The notes beneath the pieces are model-generated. The model had not been told where the DNA came from. It did not search any database and saw nothing but the letters and a program-made list of their open reading frames with translations. A stretch of 61,158 nt of DNA, filler included. It is 5 parts of 5 records of this genome, joined end to end, with 100 filler letters (N's around TTAATTAATTAA, not from the genome) between each part and the next. Parts side by side here need not be neighbours in the genome. Positions count along the whole stretch, not along the records: positions 48,745 to 55,087 come from SRR31156797_27705; positions 55,188 to 61,158 come from SRR31156797_27723; 3 more parts are not named here. One strand, written 5' to 3'. This document shows positions 48,788-61,157 of the stretch, in pieces. Every line of letters begins with the position of its first letter. The first letter of the stretch is position 1. Both the position numbers and the translations under genes were made by a program.

Positions 48788-49843
48788 TTAGCAAACTTCT
48801 AGTTCGCCACTTCTCCAAGGTTCAACGATAACTTTGATGTGCTCATTTGGTTTAAGCAGAGAATCGAATGCAGCAGGTGTTCCGTCTAAACCGACTTTAC
48901 CTGTCATCATTAGGCGCCAGTCAATTTTGCCTTCAGCGATGTTTTGCAGTGACTCAGCAAACTCTTCTGGTGAGTAGTAGTATGAACACTTGATGTCCAT
49001 CTCTTTTACCGTTGCGAAAGCAAAGTTAATGTCTGTTGGTGTGGTGTGAATTCCTGTGATGATAAGCTGAGCTTTTGCTGGAGCACGCATAATGAAGTTG
49101 TTGATCAGTTTGTGCACGCCCACACATTCAATGATGATCACTTTGTTGTTGCCAGCAAGTTCAGCTGCCATGACAACTTCGTCGTCTTTCGCTGGGTTGG
49201 CAAAAGCCGTTGCCCCAAATTTCATCGCTAGCTCTTTTTTGCTTTCTTGAAGATCAGAAGCGACGATGTGTTTCACACCTTTAAGTCTTAGCGCTGCGAT
49301 TGCGGCAAGACCAATCGGACCACAACCTGCAACCAATGCTACGTCACCGTCGTTAATGTCAGCGCGATTCACTGCGTGAAGACCAACCGCTAACGGTTCA
49401 GTAATCGCAGCCGCTTCGGCAGGTACTTGCTCTGGGATAGGAAGTAGTAGCGCTTCGTCAACGATGAAAAACTCTGAGTAAGCACCGTGAACACCTGGTG
49501 TAACGCCAACACCAACGCCACCTTCACTGAGTAGTACAGGAACACTCGTCACACGTGAGCCTACTTCTAGTTCGCCTTTTGTTTCTGGGCCGTAAGAGAC
49601 AACTTCTGCTGCGAACTCGTGACCAAGAAGTACTTCTGTATTGTTATTATCTTCAGCAAGAATACCAAGTGTTTTGTATACACTTAAGACATCGTTCGTG
49701 TGGCGCGCTATGTGTAGGTCAGAACCGCAAATGCCACACGCCAAGCTTCTTACCAGAACCTGCCCCGGGCCTGGAACTGGCATGTCGATTTCTTTAATAG
49801 TGAGTTTGCCGTCGAACATGGCAATGGATTTCATTTGGCTCAT
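48788..49843 (-). CDS. Zinc-binding (MDR) dehydrogenase
   Basis: CGICGSD, GHE, EPLAV, GCGPIG; structural-zinc Cys loop absent. Confidence 0.92.
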   Translation of the reverse strand: MSQMKSIAMFDGKLTIKEIDMPVPGPGQVLVRSLACGICGSDLHIARHTNDVLSVYKTLGILAEDNNNTEVLLGHEFAAEVVSYGPETKGELEVGSRVTSVPVLLSEGGVGVGVTPGVHGAYSEFFIVDEALLLPIPEQVPAEAAAITEPLAVGLHAVNRADINDGDVALVAGCGPIGLAAIAALRLKGVKHIVASDLQESKKELAMKFGATAFANPAKDDEVVMAAELAGNNKVIIIECVGVHKLINNFIMRAPAKAQLIITGIHTTPTDINFAFATVKEMDIKCSYYYSPEEFAESLQNIAEGKIDWRLMMTGKVGLDGTPAAFDSLLKPNEHIKVIVEPWRSGELEVC

Positions 49844-50012
49844 CTTTACTACCTCTGATATGAAATTGGCTGCGTTTTAGAATAATTGTTGGTAACGCAG
49901 CACTTTGTTGTGGAGTCTTTGGTTTCTTGGTGTGAAATATAAGTAAACAAATTATTAATAGCTTGACTAATTGAGACATTGGTATGATAAAATGCGACAG
50001 TGTTAAGTTTTT

Positions 50013-51038
50013 GTGATCAGTATGAAATATTACGTAAGAAGTGGTGCTTTAGATGGATACACTCAACTTGTTATAAATAAGAGTGGTAACCCATTTGTTT
50101 TATTAGAAAAAATGGGAATTAGTCATGAATCATTGGTCAATCCTGACACAATGATCTCTTATCGTCGGGTTGCTGAGCTTTTGGAACTCACAGCGAAAGA
50201 GTTAGATGCACCGACTTTTGGTTTTGAGCTCGGTTTGGAGCAAGGGTTAAGCACGCTGGGTCTACTTGGTGCTCATGTCACCAAACAAGACAGTATAGCG
50301 TCGGTTTTTGAAGTGGCGCGTAAGTACACCTTTATGCATGCTCAAGGTATTGATTTTGGTTTGCACTACCGGGCTTCCGGTGTTGAAGTGGTTGCTACGG
50401 TACTGTTCGACGAACTAGGGAAATATCAGCAACTGGTGCAACTGACGCTGGCGTTGCTTCATAAAATTATATTGGAAACAAGTCAATACAGAACGAGCGC
50501 TAAACAACTTAATTTAAAGCTTCACAACCAAAATATGAAAGCCGAGCAAGTTCAATCGCTGTTTAATTGTTTCGTTCAGTTCTGCTCGGATAACAACTCG
50601 ATCATCTATCCGGTTGATATGCTCAATATCAAACCCACTTACTCTTCAGAACTGTTAAATCGAATTATTAGCAAGCAGTTTAAATCTTATGATGCGCTTC
50701 CTGCGACGGGCGACCTGTTGGTCGTTCAGCATGCGATTAAAATGTTGCTTCCGACCGGAGAGTGTTCAAAAGAGAGCATTGCTAACAGTCTGGGAATGCA
50801 TCCTAAAAAGCTTGAACGCAGTTTGAAAGAGTCGGGTACCACATTTCGAGATCTTCTCGAGGTGACGAGAAAAGAGGTAGCCGTCGAGACAATCAAAATG
50901 AGCAATATGTCATTGACAACGTTGGCTTTAAACCTTGGCTATGGGGATTTTTCTGCTTTTAGTCGTAGCTTTAAAAAATGGTTTGGAGAGCCACCGAGCG
51001 CCTATAGAGAAAGGGTGACCATACCGGGAATACACTAG
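50013..51038 (+). CDS. AraC family regulator
   Basis: C-terminal IANSLGMHPKKLER..LALNLGYGDFSAFSRSFKKWFG. Confidence 0.92.
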   Translation: MISMKYYVRSGALDGYTQLVINKSGNPFVLLEKMGISHESLVNPDTMISYRRVAELLELTAKELDAPTFGFELGLEQGLSTLGLLGAHVTKQDSIASVFEVARKYTFMHAQGIDFGLHYRASGVEVVATVLFDELGKYQQLVQLTLALLHKIILETSQYRTSAKQLNLKLHNQNMKAEQVQSLFNCFVQFCSDNNSIIYPVDMLNIKPTYSSELLNRIISKQFKSYDALPATGDLLVVQHAIKMLLPTGECSKESIANSLGMHPKKLERSLKESGTTFRDLLEVTRKEVAVETIKMSNMSLTTLALNLGYGDFSAFSRSFKKWFGEPPSAYRERVTIPGIH

Positions 51039-51066
51039 CCAGTGTTTGACACTGGCAGAGTTGGGG

Positions 51067-51951
51067 TTAGAGGTTTTCTGTGGCGGTCGGCGGCAATTTT
51101 GATTTGAACTTTATAACTTTCGACCATTTGATTGGCATCATTGGCACGACAATCAACAAAATACCCAACGCGGTGAGTAAGTCTGGAATTTCATCAAACC
51201 ACATCATGCCGAACCAAGTGACAAACACTAAGCCTGAATATTCCGCTAATGCAATTCGGTTGGCTTCTACTTTCTTATAAGCAATCACAACCAGTGCGTG
51301 ATAAGCCAATACCAATAGGTTGATCACGACAATCCAGCCTAAGTGTACCCAGCTAATTTCAGACCAGCCCGGGATGGCAAGAGCCAATGCTAACGGTAGT
51401 GTCATCACGTTGGTCCAAAACAGTGTGCTGACCAACGGCTGATTTTCCGGTAGACGGCGGATCAATATATTGCCCATTCCCATTGATAATGCACAACCCA
51501 GTCCCGCTAAACCCGCCCAATGGAACTGCTCTGGGCGCAGTACCACCAACACACCGATAAAGCCAATGGTGGTAGCAATGATCTGTTTGATTCCCGGACG
51601 TTCGCCAAGTAACAACACAGAAAGCGGTAGCATCAAAATCGGGCCAACATAAAAGATAGCGTTTGCCGTGGCGAGCGGAATGTAGGTAATCGTAATCATG
51701 GCGCACGCGCTGCCGAGTAAGATCAACTGTGCTCGGGTGAATGCGATTTTACAGCGACCCTGATGACGCTGTTCTTTCGGTAGCCTCCACCATAATGGCA
51801 GTAACATAAGCGTGCCAATCAGTTGACGGATAAAAACGTATTGGAAAGTTGGGACTTCGCCATTGAGTATTTTTAGCGATACATCTGAAAATGATGCAAC
51901 AAGGTTCGCGAGCACTAGTAATAAAATAGCTCGCGTAATGGTGTTCGACAT
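51067..51951 (-). CDS. DMT/EamA family transporter
   Basis: About 10 TM segments, LLGER, GFIGVLVVLRP. Confidence 0.9.
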   Translation of the reverse strand: MSNTITRAILLLVLANLVASFSDVSLKILNGEVPTFQYVFIRQLIGTLMLLPLWWRLPKEQRHQGRCKIAFTRAQLILLGSACAMITITYIPLATANAIFYVGPILMLPLSVLLLGERPGIKQIIATTIGFIGVLVVLRPEQFHWAGLAGLGCALSMGMGNILIRRLPENQPLVSTLFWTNVMTLPLALALAIPGWSEISWVHLGWIVVINLLVLAYHALVVIAYKKVEANRIALAEYSGLVFVTWFGMMWFDEIPDLLTALGILLIVVPMMPIKWSKVIKFKSKLPPTATENL

Positions 51952-52083
51952 GAAATAGGATGCCTGAATAGTTAGCTGGTCACGGAAAGAGGCGCTATTG
52001 TAGAGGAAATTTTGTAATTGAAAAGCTGTTTTAAATCTAAGTAAGTCGAGTGAATTCCAATTAATACACTCGACTCAATCGGA

Positions 52084-53445
52084 CTAGAAGCTATGGCTAA
52101 ACTGCATGGCGAACAGCATTGCATCAGAGCGGGTAGTGGCGTTAATGCTAGGCAGAGGAACGCGCTCGTCCAAATATTCGGTAATTTCGACATCTTCACC
52201 AATCAAGTAGGTCATACCGAAATCAATGCTGGTATTGGCTGACCAGTGATAGGTTGCGCCCGCAGAAAGCCATTGACGATTAGAGTCCGGTATTGATACT
52301 GATGCAAGCTCATCCACGGGTGTTTTATCAAACATGTAACCGGTGCGTAGCGCCCAGTTATCGGTTGCATACCAAGTCGCACCCAATGAATAGTGATAAG
52401 AGTTCTGCCATTGAAATTCTTTTAAAATATGGTCGTCAGCTTTTATCGACTCAAAACGAGACCAGTTGATCCATTGTACTGAGTAGTGGAGCGCAACTTC
52501 AGGCAATATACGGTGGTATCCAGAAAATTCCGCAATATCAGGCAGTGCCAGATACAGTGTGTCCATTGTTTGGCCAGCGTAATATATGTCACCTTTGGCT
52601 TCTATTTCCGGGCTGTACTTATAGCTAAGACCAAAGCGATGATTGTCATTGACTTCGTACATCATGCCGAAGTTTGCACCAATCCCAACCCCAGAAGCTT
52701 CAACATCCAGCGCGTTGCCTTCAATACCACTGCATTGGCCGTAGCTACCAACAATAGGATTCGTTGCAGTTAGGCAAAGCTCAACACCGATATCACGATA
52801 CAAGTTACCCATGCCATAAATGATATCCACTCCACCGCCAAAGCTCAGGTGGTCATTCATCCGATAAGCCAGGCTAAGACCCGCATTGACGCTGGCGACA
52901 TAAGTTGTCCCGCCGAATACGGCCGCTGCGTAATCGGGTTCAAACTCGATGTCGGTACCGAAGTTGGAGTAAGCCGAAAGGCCGAGGTACCAGTTATCGC
53001 TCAGGCGATGAATGTAGTAGATATTAGGAACAATAGCTTGGTTACCAATCCCTTCAACATCATCGACATCGGTGACGGTTGAGGAAGCATAGGGTTTTGT
53101 AAGTTCAAAGCTAGGTGTCTGTGTGAAAATATTATAAGAGACGTTAACATCTTCTCGAATTTGCGCTGAACGGTATTGCGCATTTTTAACCCGCGAATCA
53201 GGACGAACATTGGTCACCCCCATAGAAAGTGCATCACGTTTGAACAGGGTCATTGCCGCAGCGTTACGACTGAGCACTGACGCATTATCACCAATAACAG
53301 CATCACCTGCGAAGGCGCGACCTAATCCTGTGGCAGAATGTTCATTAATTTGAAAGCCCGCAGCGACAGCAGAAGAGCAGACCAGAATTGAAGATGCCAG
53401 CGCAGATAGAGATGTCAGCAATGGTGTTTTGTTCATAGGTTTCAT
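52084..53445 (-). CDS. FadL/OmpP1 family outer membrane transporter
   Basis: Signal peptide, AGFQINEHSATGLGRAFAG, SIPDSNR, terminal Phe. Confidence 0.93.
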   Translation of the reverse strand: MKPMNKTPLLTSLSALASSILVCSSAVAAGFQINEHSATGLGRAFAGDAVIGDNASVLSRNAAAMTLFKRDALSMGVTNVRPDSRVKNAQYRSAQIREDVNVSYNIFTQTPSFELTKPYASSTVTDVDDVEGIGNQAIVPNIYYIHRLSDNWYLGLSAYSNFGTDIEFEPDYAAAVFGGTTYVASVNAGLSLAYRMNDHLSFGGGVDIIYGMGNLYRDIGVELCLTATNPIVGSYGQCSGIEGNALDVEASGVGIGANFGMMYEVNDNHRFGLSYKYSPEIEAKGDIYYAGQTMDTLYLALPDIAEFSGYHRILPEVALHYSVQWINWSRFESIKADDHILKEFQWQNSYHYSLGATWYATDNWALRTGYMFDKTPVDELASVSIPDSNRQWLSAGATYHWSANTSIDFGMTYLIGEDVEITEYLDERVPLPSINATTRSDAMLFAMQFSHSF

Positions 53446-53684
53446 AACCTCAAAAAATAGGAGGCGCGATTTAAGCGTAAGGGGTGAACAGAAACACATC
53501 AGTCCAGTGGGGTTTTGACGAGGCTCTGACGCAGCTTGACGTGCATTTTACAAACAAGGGCTTATTGCGTAAGAAAGGGATGACACCTTTACTGACTGAA
53601 TGCTGGAACGAAACAAAGTGTGGCTCTACAAAATTGATGGTTTATGTAAAAATGCACCTAATTTTTGTCCTCTAAGGCAGGGTA

Positions 53685-54407
53685 ATGGAATATTTAAGTA
53701 GTACCACGCTTCTCGCAATGTTTTTAATTTTCGTTGGTTCTTATGTGCAAACTGCGATTGGTTTCGGCTTAGCGATTGTTGCGGCTCCTTTGTTGTTTTC
53801 AGTGTCACCCGATTATGTTCCGGCACCTATTGTCATTTGTGCGTTGTTCATTTCGTTATTGAATGCAATCAAGCTACGCTCGGATATATCGATTGGCGGA
53901 TTAAAAATGGCCTTAATTGGTCGTGTCCCAGGCTCTATCGCTGGTGGCGTAATGCTGGTGATGGTGTCGAGCGATATCCTGGCGTTGTGGTTAGGGCTGT
54001 TAGTGTGGTTTGCCGTGATTGTGAGTTTATTGCCTTATCGTATTGAACCGACGCCAAATCGCATGGTGGTTGCGGGATTTTTCTCTGGGTTCTTTGGCAC
54101 CAGCAGTTCGATTGGTGGGCCGCCGATGGCTTTATTGCTTCAGCATCAAGAAGCTAATCAACTGCGAGGCAATCTCTCTGCATTTTTCCTATTTAGCTCT
54201 ATGATTTCGTTAATCATTCAGGTACCCGCTGGGTATTTAAATCAACATCACCTACTGATCAGTCTGCCTTTGCTTCCAGCTGCTTGGTTAGGTTACTTCT
54301 TAGCGCGCAAAACCACTCACGCTTTGCCGAAAGAAAAAATTCGTATGGGCGCGTTAGTGCTTTGTTTAGTTAGTGGGACGACAGCTATTTGGCGTGCTCT
54401 AATGTGA
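53685..54407 (+). CDS. TauE/SafE sulfite exporter family protein
   Basis: GFGLAIVAAP, GFFSGFFGTSSSIGGPP, LRGNL. Confidence 0.9.
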   Translation: MEYLSSTTLLAMFLIFVGSYVQTAIGFGLAIVAAPLLFSVSPDYVPAPIVICALFISLLNAIKLRSDISIGGLKMALIGRVPGSIAGGVMLVMVSSDILALWLGLLVWFAVIVSLLPYRIEPTPNRMVVAGFFSGFFGTSSSIGGPPMALLLQHQEANQLRGNLSAFFLFSSMISLIIQVPAGYLNQHHLLISLPLLPAAWLGYFLARKTTHALPKEKIRMGALVLCLVSGTTAIWRALM

Positions 54408-54630
54408 TTTCATGAAATTTAGCTGCTATTTTTATGCTTTTCGTTGCGTATTGTCGCCAGTTTGATTAGAAAATGGCGATATTAACAACAAGAATTTTCT
54501 GATTTTCGAGTGGGGTACAAGTCTTTTCGTGGCCACTCTAGTAGCATTACTGATTCAATACTTAATTTAGTTTTACCAGCCATTTTTAGCGCAGCTTGAA
54601 CGATAAAAATGTCTGAACACAGAGGTTCTA

Positions 54631-55062
54631 ATGAGAACAATCGGTAACATTATTTGGTTTTTATGCGGCGGTGTCGTTATGGGCCTAGCTTGGTGGCTAG
54701 TTGGCCTGCTGGCGTTCGTTAGCCTAATTGGCATTCCGTGGGGGCGTGCTTGTTTTGTTATCGGTACTTTTTCGTTTTTCCCTTTTGGCAAAGAAGCGGT
54801 TTACCGTAATGAACTGACCTTCCGTGATGATGTCGGAACTGGGATCCTGGGCAAGATCGGTAATGTAATTTGGTTTTTACTGGCAGGGATCTGGTTAGCG
54901 ATCGGACATATACTGTCAGCCGTTGCGTGTTTCGTGACGATTATAGGTATTCCATTTGCTTTGCAACATTTGAAGCTTGCGGTCATTTCCCTGGCACCAA
55001 TTGGTCAAACGATTGTACCGAAAGAGGTTGCTTACGGTGCTCGCTATGGGCGTCGTGACTAG
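54631..55062 (+). CDS. yccF: YccF family inner membrane protein
   Basis: Two GNIIWF..IGIP repeats. Confidence 0.9.
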   Translation: MRTIGNIIWFLCGGVVMGLAWWLVGLLAFVSLIGIPWGRACFVIGTFSFFPFGKEAVYRNELTFRDDVGTGILGKIGNVIWFLLAGIWLAIGHILSAVACFVTIIGIPFALQHLKLAVISLAPIGQTIVPKEVAYGARYGRRD

Positions 55063-55087
55063 GGTCTGTTGACCTTTTGAGGTTAAA
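55059..55087 (+). repeat. Possible end of a Vibrio-type MITE/IS5-like repeat
   Basis: CTAG-GGTCTGTTGACCTTT overlapping the yccF stop at the contig break. Confidence 0.45.
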
Positions 55088-55187
55088 NNNNNNNNNNNNN
55101 NNNNNNNNNNNNNNNNNNNNNNNNNNNNNNNTTAATTAATTAANNNNNNNNNNNNNNNNNNNNNNNNNNNNNNNNNNNNNNNNNNNN
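55088..55187. other. Artificial contig spacer
   Basis: N-run, TTAATTAATTAA, N-run. Confidence 0.99.
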
Positions 55188-58100
55188 AAAGATCCGGAAG
55201 ACAGGGTGCTCCAGCTGATAGAGTCCTATCAGATCCCGACCTTTTTCTTCAACAGCGAGATCCTGGGAAGCCAGGTCCTTCCCCGGACAAAGTACAAATA
55301 CTGGATCGGCCAGATGAAGCCTGATGACGTCCAGGTGGGTACGATACTGGTTCAACAGCTTTTTACCCAAGCTGATAAAAAGCAAATGGGTAAGATCAGG
55401 CTTCTGGCCATCGAAGGCAACGCCTCCGGCGCGGTCTCAGTAAACCGGATGAAAGGGCTGCTCTCTTTCACAGAGTACCTTCCCGGTCTGGAGAGCATCA
55501 TCGTCAGGGATGGTCAGTGGAAAAGGGCTCAGGCCGGAGAGATTTTCAGGGAGGAGTACGCGGCCGATCCCGGGCTCAATATGGTCTGGTGTGCCAGCGA
55601 TCAAATGGCTCTGGGCGTTCTGGACACTATAGAAGAGATGGGCCTGGACAGGGAGATCCTGGTTGGCGGTGTGAACTGGGAACAGGACGCTCTGGAATCC
55701 ATCGATAAGGGCCGTATGGCGGTCTCGGTGGGAGGGCATATGTTCACAGGGGCCTGGTCGGTTCTCATGATGCACGACTACCTCAGGGGATTCGATTTCT
55801 CCATCGGCGGAACCAGCTTCAAAACTCCCATGTACTCCCACTCCCTCAATGATGAAAGCAGGATAACAACGGTGCTGGGAAAAGATCCTTCCGCACTGGA
55901 CTATGCCGGGCTGTCCAATATTCTGAATCCTAACCGGACCAAGGCACTCCCCGAATTGACAGACCTCCTGGCACAGGAAGGAGGAGGGGATCAGGGGTAT
56001 GCTATTACTTTGACGCCGCAGGAGAGGAAATGGATAAGGGAGCATCCGGTCATCCGGGTACATAACGAAACCAACTGGCCCCCTATAAACTTTGTCAAGA
56101 ACAACGCCCCCCAGGGATTCTCTATCGAATATATGAATATGCTGGCAGATGTCGCCGGCCTGAGTATTGAGTACGTCACGGGGCCGACCTGGGATGAGTT
56201 CCTCGGGATGGTAAAAGAGGATGAACTGGATGTGATGCTGAATATCGCCTATACAGAAGAACGGGACCAGTATCTGAATTTCACCGAGACCTATCTGGAA
56301 TTCGCACCCTCCCTGTTCATCAGGGAGAACGAACCCGTTATCACATCCGTCAAAGACGTATTCGGCAAGACCTTTGCCATGCAGAAGGGATTCTATTATG
56401 AGACCCTGATCAAACAGTACCCCAATATCGATGTGCTTTATGTCAACGATACGGCGGAGGCGATCCTGGCGGTGTCCAAGGGAGAGGCCGACCTTCTGCT
56501 GGATCTGATGCCGATCGTCAATTATATCTCCAACTCTCTGATGGTAACGAATCTGAAACCAGGGGGTACTCTCGGACTGGACGAAGATGGATTGACCCAG
56601 ACCCATATCGGAGTGAGGGAAGACTGGCCGGAACTGGTCCAGATACTGAACAAGAGCATGAAAGCCATTCCTGAAACCCGCTTGTACGAACTGCGAAAGA
56701 CCTGGCTGGGGGCTTCGGAAGAGTCTGTTCTGCTGGATCTTTCGGACAGGGAAAAGAAGTTCCTGAAAGAGCATCCCGTAATCAGAGTTCACAACGATAT
56801 GTACTGGCCCCCTTTTAACTTCAACGAAAAGGGGATCCCCAAGGGACTGTCCATAGAGTTGATGGATTCCCTGGCTGAAACCCTGGGATTAAAGGTGGAG
56901 TATATTACGGGACCGACCTGGAATCAGTTTCTTACCATGATCCGTAATAAGAAGCTGGATGTCATGCTGGACATCGTCCGGACTCCCGAACGGGAGGAGT
57001 ATATCCTCTACTCGGTCAATTACGCCAGAAATCCTAATGTGATCATATCCCGGGAAGGGAGCGAGTATACAGGAATAGCTCAGCTCAAAGGAAAGAAAGC
57101 GGCTATCGTAGAGGGATTCTTCTATCAGGAAATCCTGGAGAAAGACTATCCCGGGATCAAATTGATTCTAAAGGAGAATGTTCTGGACTGCCTGAAGGCA
57201 GTCGTTTACGGAGAGGCCGACGCGGCTTTGAATGAAGAAGCGGTTTCGAACTATCTGATCAAAGAAAACTTCCTGACAAATCTGAAAGTGACCGGAGAGG
57301 TGGACCTGGGTAATCCCGATCTTCAGAACCTGAATATAGGAGTCAGGGATGACTGGCCGGAACTGCAGAGCATTCTTCAAAAGGCCTGGGACGCCATGCC
57401 CGAGCTGGAGAAACAGGAGATTCAGAAAAAGTGGTTCGGTGAAAAGATCGCAGCAAAGGCTGACTACGATTCGGAACCGGTGGATACGGGACAGTATCCC
57501 GTTATGAGGATTTTTCTCTTTATTCTCCTCCTTCTGATCCTGTTCTTTCTTCTTCAGAAGCTGTTGAAGGATAAATCCCTTAAAGAGGATCAGTTCAACA
57601 TCAAGAGAATGAGGGTTCTCAGTCTCCTGCTTCTGGCGTTCAGTATGACCATGATACTGATCATCGCCATGATCGGTCTGGGCAGGATCAAGGGGCAGAC
57701 CCGAAAGAGTGTTGAGCGGAGTCTGCAGACCATAGCGGCCACGTCCAACGAAGGGCTGCGGATCTGGGTGGAAAACAACCTGAACCAGATGGAATTGGAC
57801 AGGGTGAATCCAGAACTGATAGAGTTGGTTCAGGAGCTCCTGCTGGTCCCCCGGGATGCGGAAAGTCTGAAAAACAGTGACGAGCAGCAGAGGCTGCGGA
57901 CCTTCTTCAAGGATGTGAACCCCCATATCTTCTCTGACGGATATTTTATTATCTCCCCGGACGGTATTAACCTGGCGTCCCGCCGGGATTCCAATATCGG
58001 GGATGTCAATCTGATCATGCAGCATCGTCCCGATCTGCTGGAGAAGGCCTTCAACGGTCGGGCTATGTTCATCCCCCCTATTCCCAGCGATGTTTATCAG

Positions 58101-61100
58101 GCACAGGACCAGCCGACGGGTAAGGCCAGCATGTTCTACGCGGTTCCCATACAGGATGAGTACGGCAACGTGATCGCAGTTATGACCCAAAGGGAGGATC
58201 CGAACAGAGAGTTCAACCGATTCTGCCAGTTGGGACGGGTCGGAGACACAGGGGAGACCTACGCCTTTGACGGGTACGGATTAATGCTGTCTAAGAGCCG
58301 CTTCGACGAGGAGCTGCGCTCCATAGGCCTGCTTCATGAGGAACTCTCAAGCGCCCTGAATATTGCCATACTGGATCCAGGGGGAGATCTGACGAAGGGA
58401 TTCATTCCCTCAGAGTCGGATTCCGAACTCACACCCACCTATATGTTCAAGAACGCCCTGGAATTCTATTACGGTTCCAGCAGCGACGGATACAGGGATT
58501 ACCGGGGCGTAGAGGTCTTCGGCGCCTGGATCTGGAATCGGGATCTGAATTTCGGTCTGGCCACCGAGATCGACAGCAGGGACGGATTGGAGCCCTATAT
58601 AAGAACCAGACGGCTAGTCTATCTGATACTCGCCATCATTTTCCTTCTGGTCACATCCTCCACTCTCTTCAGCCTCTCCGTGGGAGAGCAGGCCAACAGC
58701 TCCCTGCAGAAGGCAAATGATGAACTGGAGGACCGGGTACTGCGGCGAACCAGACAGGTTCGGGATGCCAACAAGAATCTAGAGAACACCCTGGAGGCCC
58801 TGACCCATCCTTTCTATGTGGTGGATGCCGAATCCTATGAGGTCGTCCTGGCAAACTCTACGGCCAGGAAACTGGCCAGGGGCGGCGATATCACGACCTG
58901 TCACCGCCTGACCCACCATAACGAACATCCCTGTAACTGCGAGGAACATCCCTGTCCTCTGGTCAAGGTGAAGGAGACGGGGAAACCTTATACGGTAGAG
59001 CATCTCCATTTCGATGAAAATGACAATCCCATCTACGTGGAAGTCTTCGGCTACCCCATCTTCAATGACGAGGGAAAGGTCGTCCAGATGATCGAGTACT
59101 CCATCGACATAACAGCTCGCAAGGAAGCGGAGATGGCTGCCCAGAAGTCCAAGGAGAGGGTACAGGCCCTCCTTGAGGCCGCTCCCGACGGCATGGTCAT
59201 CGTGGATGAGGAACATACGATTCTGCAGATCAATAGCCAGACCGAGAAGATGTTCGGCTTCGGCAGACAGGAGATCGTCGGCCAGAAGATCGAGATCCTG
59301 GTTCCCGAGATGTACCGGGAAAGACATGTGGAACAGAAGAAAAAATTCTTTCAGAGTCCCGTTACAAGGGCCATGGGCCGCTCGGCCCTGCAGGTCCTGG
59401 GCCAGAGAAAGGACGGTTCCACCTTTCCCGCCGATGTGGGGCTCAGCCCGCTGATGACCGAGGACGGGCTGGTAGTCGTCTCTTCCGTCCGGGATGTAAC
59501 GGAACGGATCGAGGCGGAAGAGGCCGTCAGAGAGGCCCGGGAGAATCTGGAGATGGCCCTGGGCGCAGCCAATATGGGAACCTGGAAGTATCTGGTAAAA
59601 GAAAACAGACTGGAGGCAGATGACAATACCAAACGCCTCTACGGCCTGGAAAATACGGTCCTGGACGGCTCCATAGAGCAGTGGTTCACCTTCCTGTACG
59701 AAGAGGACATCCCCCTTGTGGCGGAAGCCATGCGTACGACCATGGAGAACAAGCAGAAAGATTATAAAGTAGATTTCCGGGTCAGGATGCCCGACGGAAC
59801 CTGCCGCAGCATCCGTTCCATCGGAGAATTTTCCTATGACGATCAGGGGAACGCCCTAGAAGCCGCCGGTCTGGTCTGGGATATCTCGGATATAAAAAAG
59901 GCAGAGATGAAACTCTCCGAGGCGAAACAGGCCGCAGAAGAGGCCACCAGAGCCAAGTCCGACTTCCTGGCCAACATGAGTCATGAGATCCGTACCCCCA
60001 TGAACGCCATCATCGGACTCTCCCATCTGATCCAGAAGACAGATCTGAAGCCTAAGCAGCAGGACTATATCGAGAAGATCAGCGGCTCTGCCCATAACCT
60101 TCTGGGAATCATCAATGACATCCTGGACTTCTCCAAGATAGAAGCGGGCAAGCTGGCCATGGAGCTGATCCGCTTCGATATCCATGAGGTCTTTGAAAAC
60201 CTGGGCAGCATGATCGGAAACAAGGCTCAGGATAAGAGCCTGGAACTTGTGTTTCATGTGAGCCGGGACGTCCCCGCCCATCTTTTGGGAGATCCCCTGA
60301 GACTGGGCCAGGTGCTTCTGAATTTAACGAACAACGCCATCAAATTCACAGAAAAGGGAGAAATCTCGGTTTCTGCCGAAACCCTGGAAAAGGTAGACAA
60401 CCGGGTCAAACTGAAATTCTCTGTCCGTGATACGGGAATCGGCCTGACCGAAGAACAGCGAGGCAAGCTGTTCCAGGCATTTTCACAGGCGGACAGCTCG
60501 ACGACAAGAAAGTATGGAGGAACCGGACTGGGACTATCCATCAGCAAGAAGCTTTCAGAAATGATGGGAGGAGAGATCGGAGTAGAAAGCCATTACGGAG
60601 AAGGCTCCACATTCTTCTTTACGGCAGACTTTGAGATTATGGGAGATGTGAAACGGGAGATCGTTCCCGCGGAGATTCAGAACCTGAATGTACTGATCGT
60701 GGATGACAACGCTACCAGCCAGGAGGTTCTCAAGGACTATGTGGAGGATTTCTCCTTCCGGGCCACTGCGGTGGATAACGGAATCGAAGCGATCCAGCTG
60801 ATAAGAAAAAAACGGGAAGAGAGAGAAGATCCATTTCAGCTGATCCTAATGGATTACAGCATGCCCGGGATGAACGGTTTCCAGACGGCTGAGAAGATCA
60901 ATGAACTCCTGGATGAAGAGGAGCGCCCCAAATATATCCTTGTAACCGGATACGGACGGGATGAAGTCATTCAGGGAGTGAAAAAGTTCAATTTTGACGG
61001 ATTTATCCTGAAACCGGTCAACCAGTCTCTTCTGTTCAATACGATTCTGGAGTGCTACGGACAGGAAAGGCAGAAGGTCCGGAAGGGAAGTCAGGTTGAT

Positions 61101-61157
61101 CTCCCGGAGAATTTTGATGCCGTCAGAGGCGCGAATATTCTCCTGGTGGAGGATAAT
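55188..61157 (+). CDS. Very large hybrid sensor histidine kinase, partial at both ends
   Basis: Frame from 55188 reads PBP1 sugar-binding-like domain ([10 protein letters not shown]), two BvgS-like PBP2 domains ([11 protein letters not shown]), TMs, Cache-like domain, PAS domains, [14 protein letters not shown] (in frame at 59961), HATPase, REC, start of a second REC. Confidence 0.88.

Noticed and set aside
48745-55087. Novel system in the Vibrio-like contig
   Set aside because: Ordinary metabolic and transport genes with no unusual architecture
18889-55187. Recurring TTAATTAATTAA motif in N-runs, and any gene linkage across them
   Set aside because: Identical artificial joiners; flanking contigs differ in composition and apparent taxon
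55437-60547. Long minus-strand ORFs (451, 340, 182, 141 aa)
   Set aside because: Antisense shadows of the plus-strand hybrid kinase; no motifs of their own
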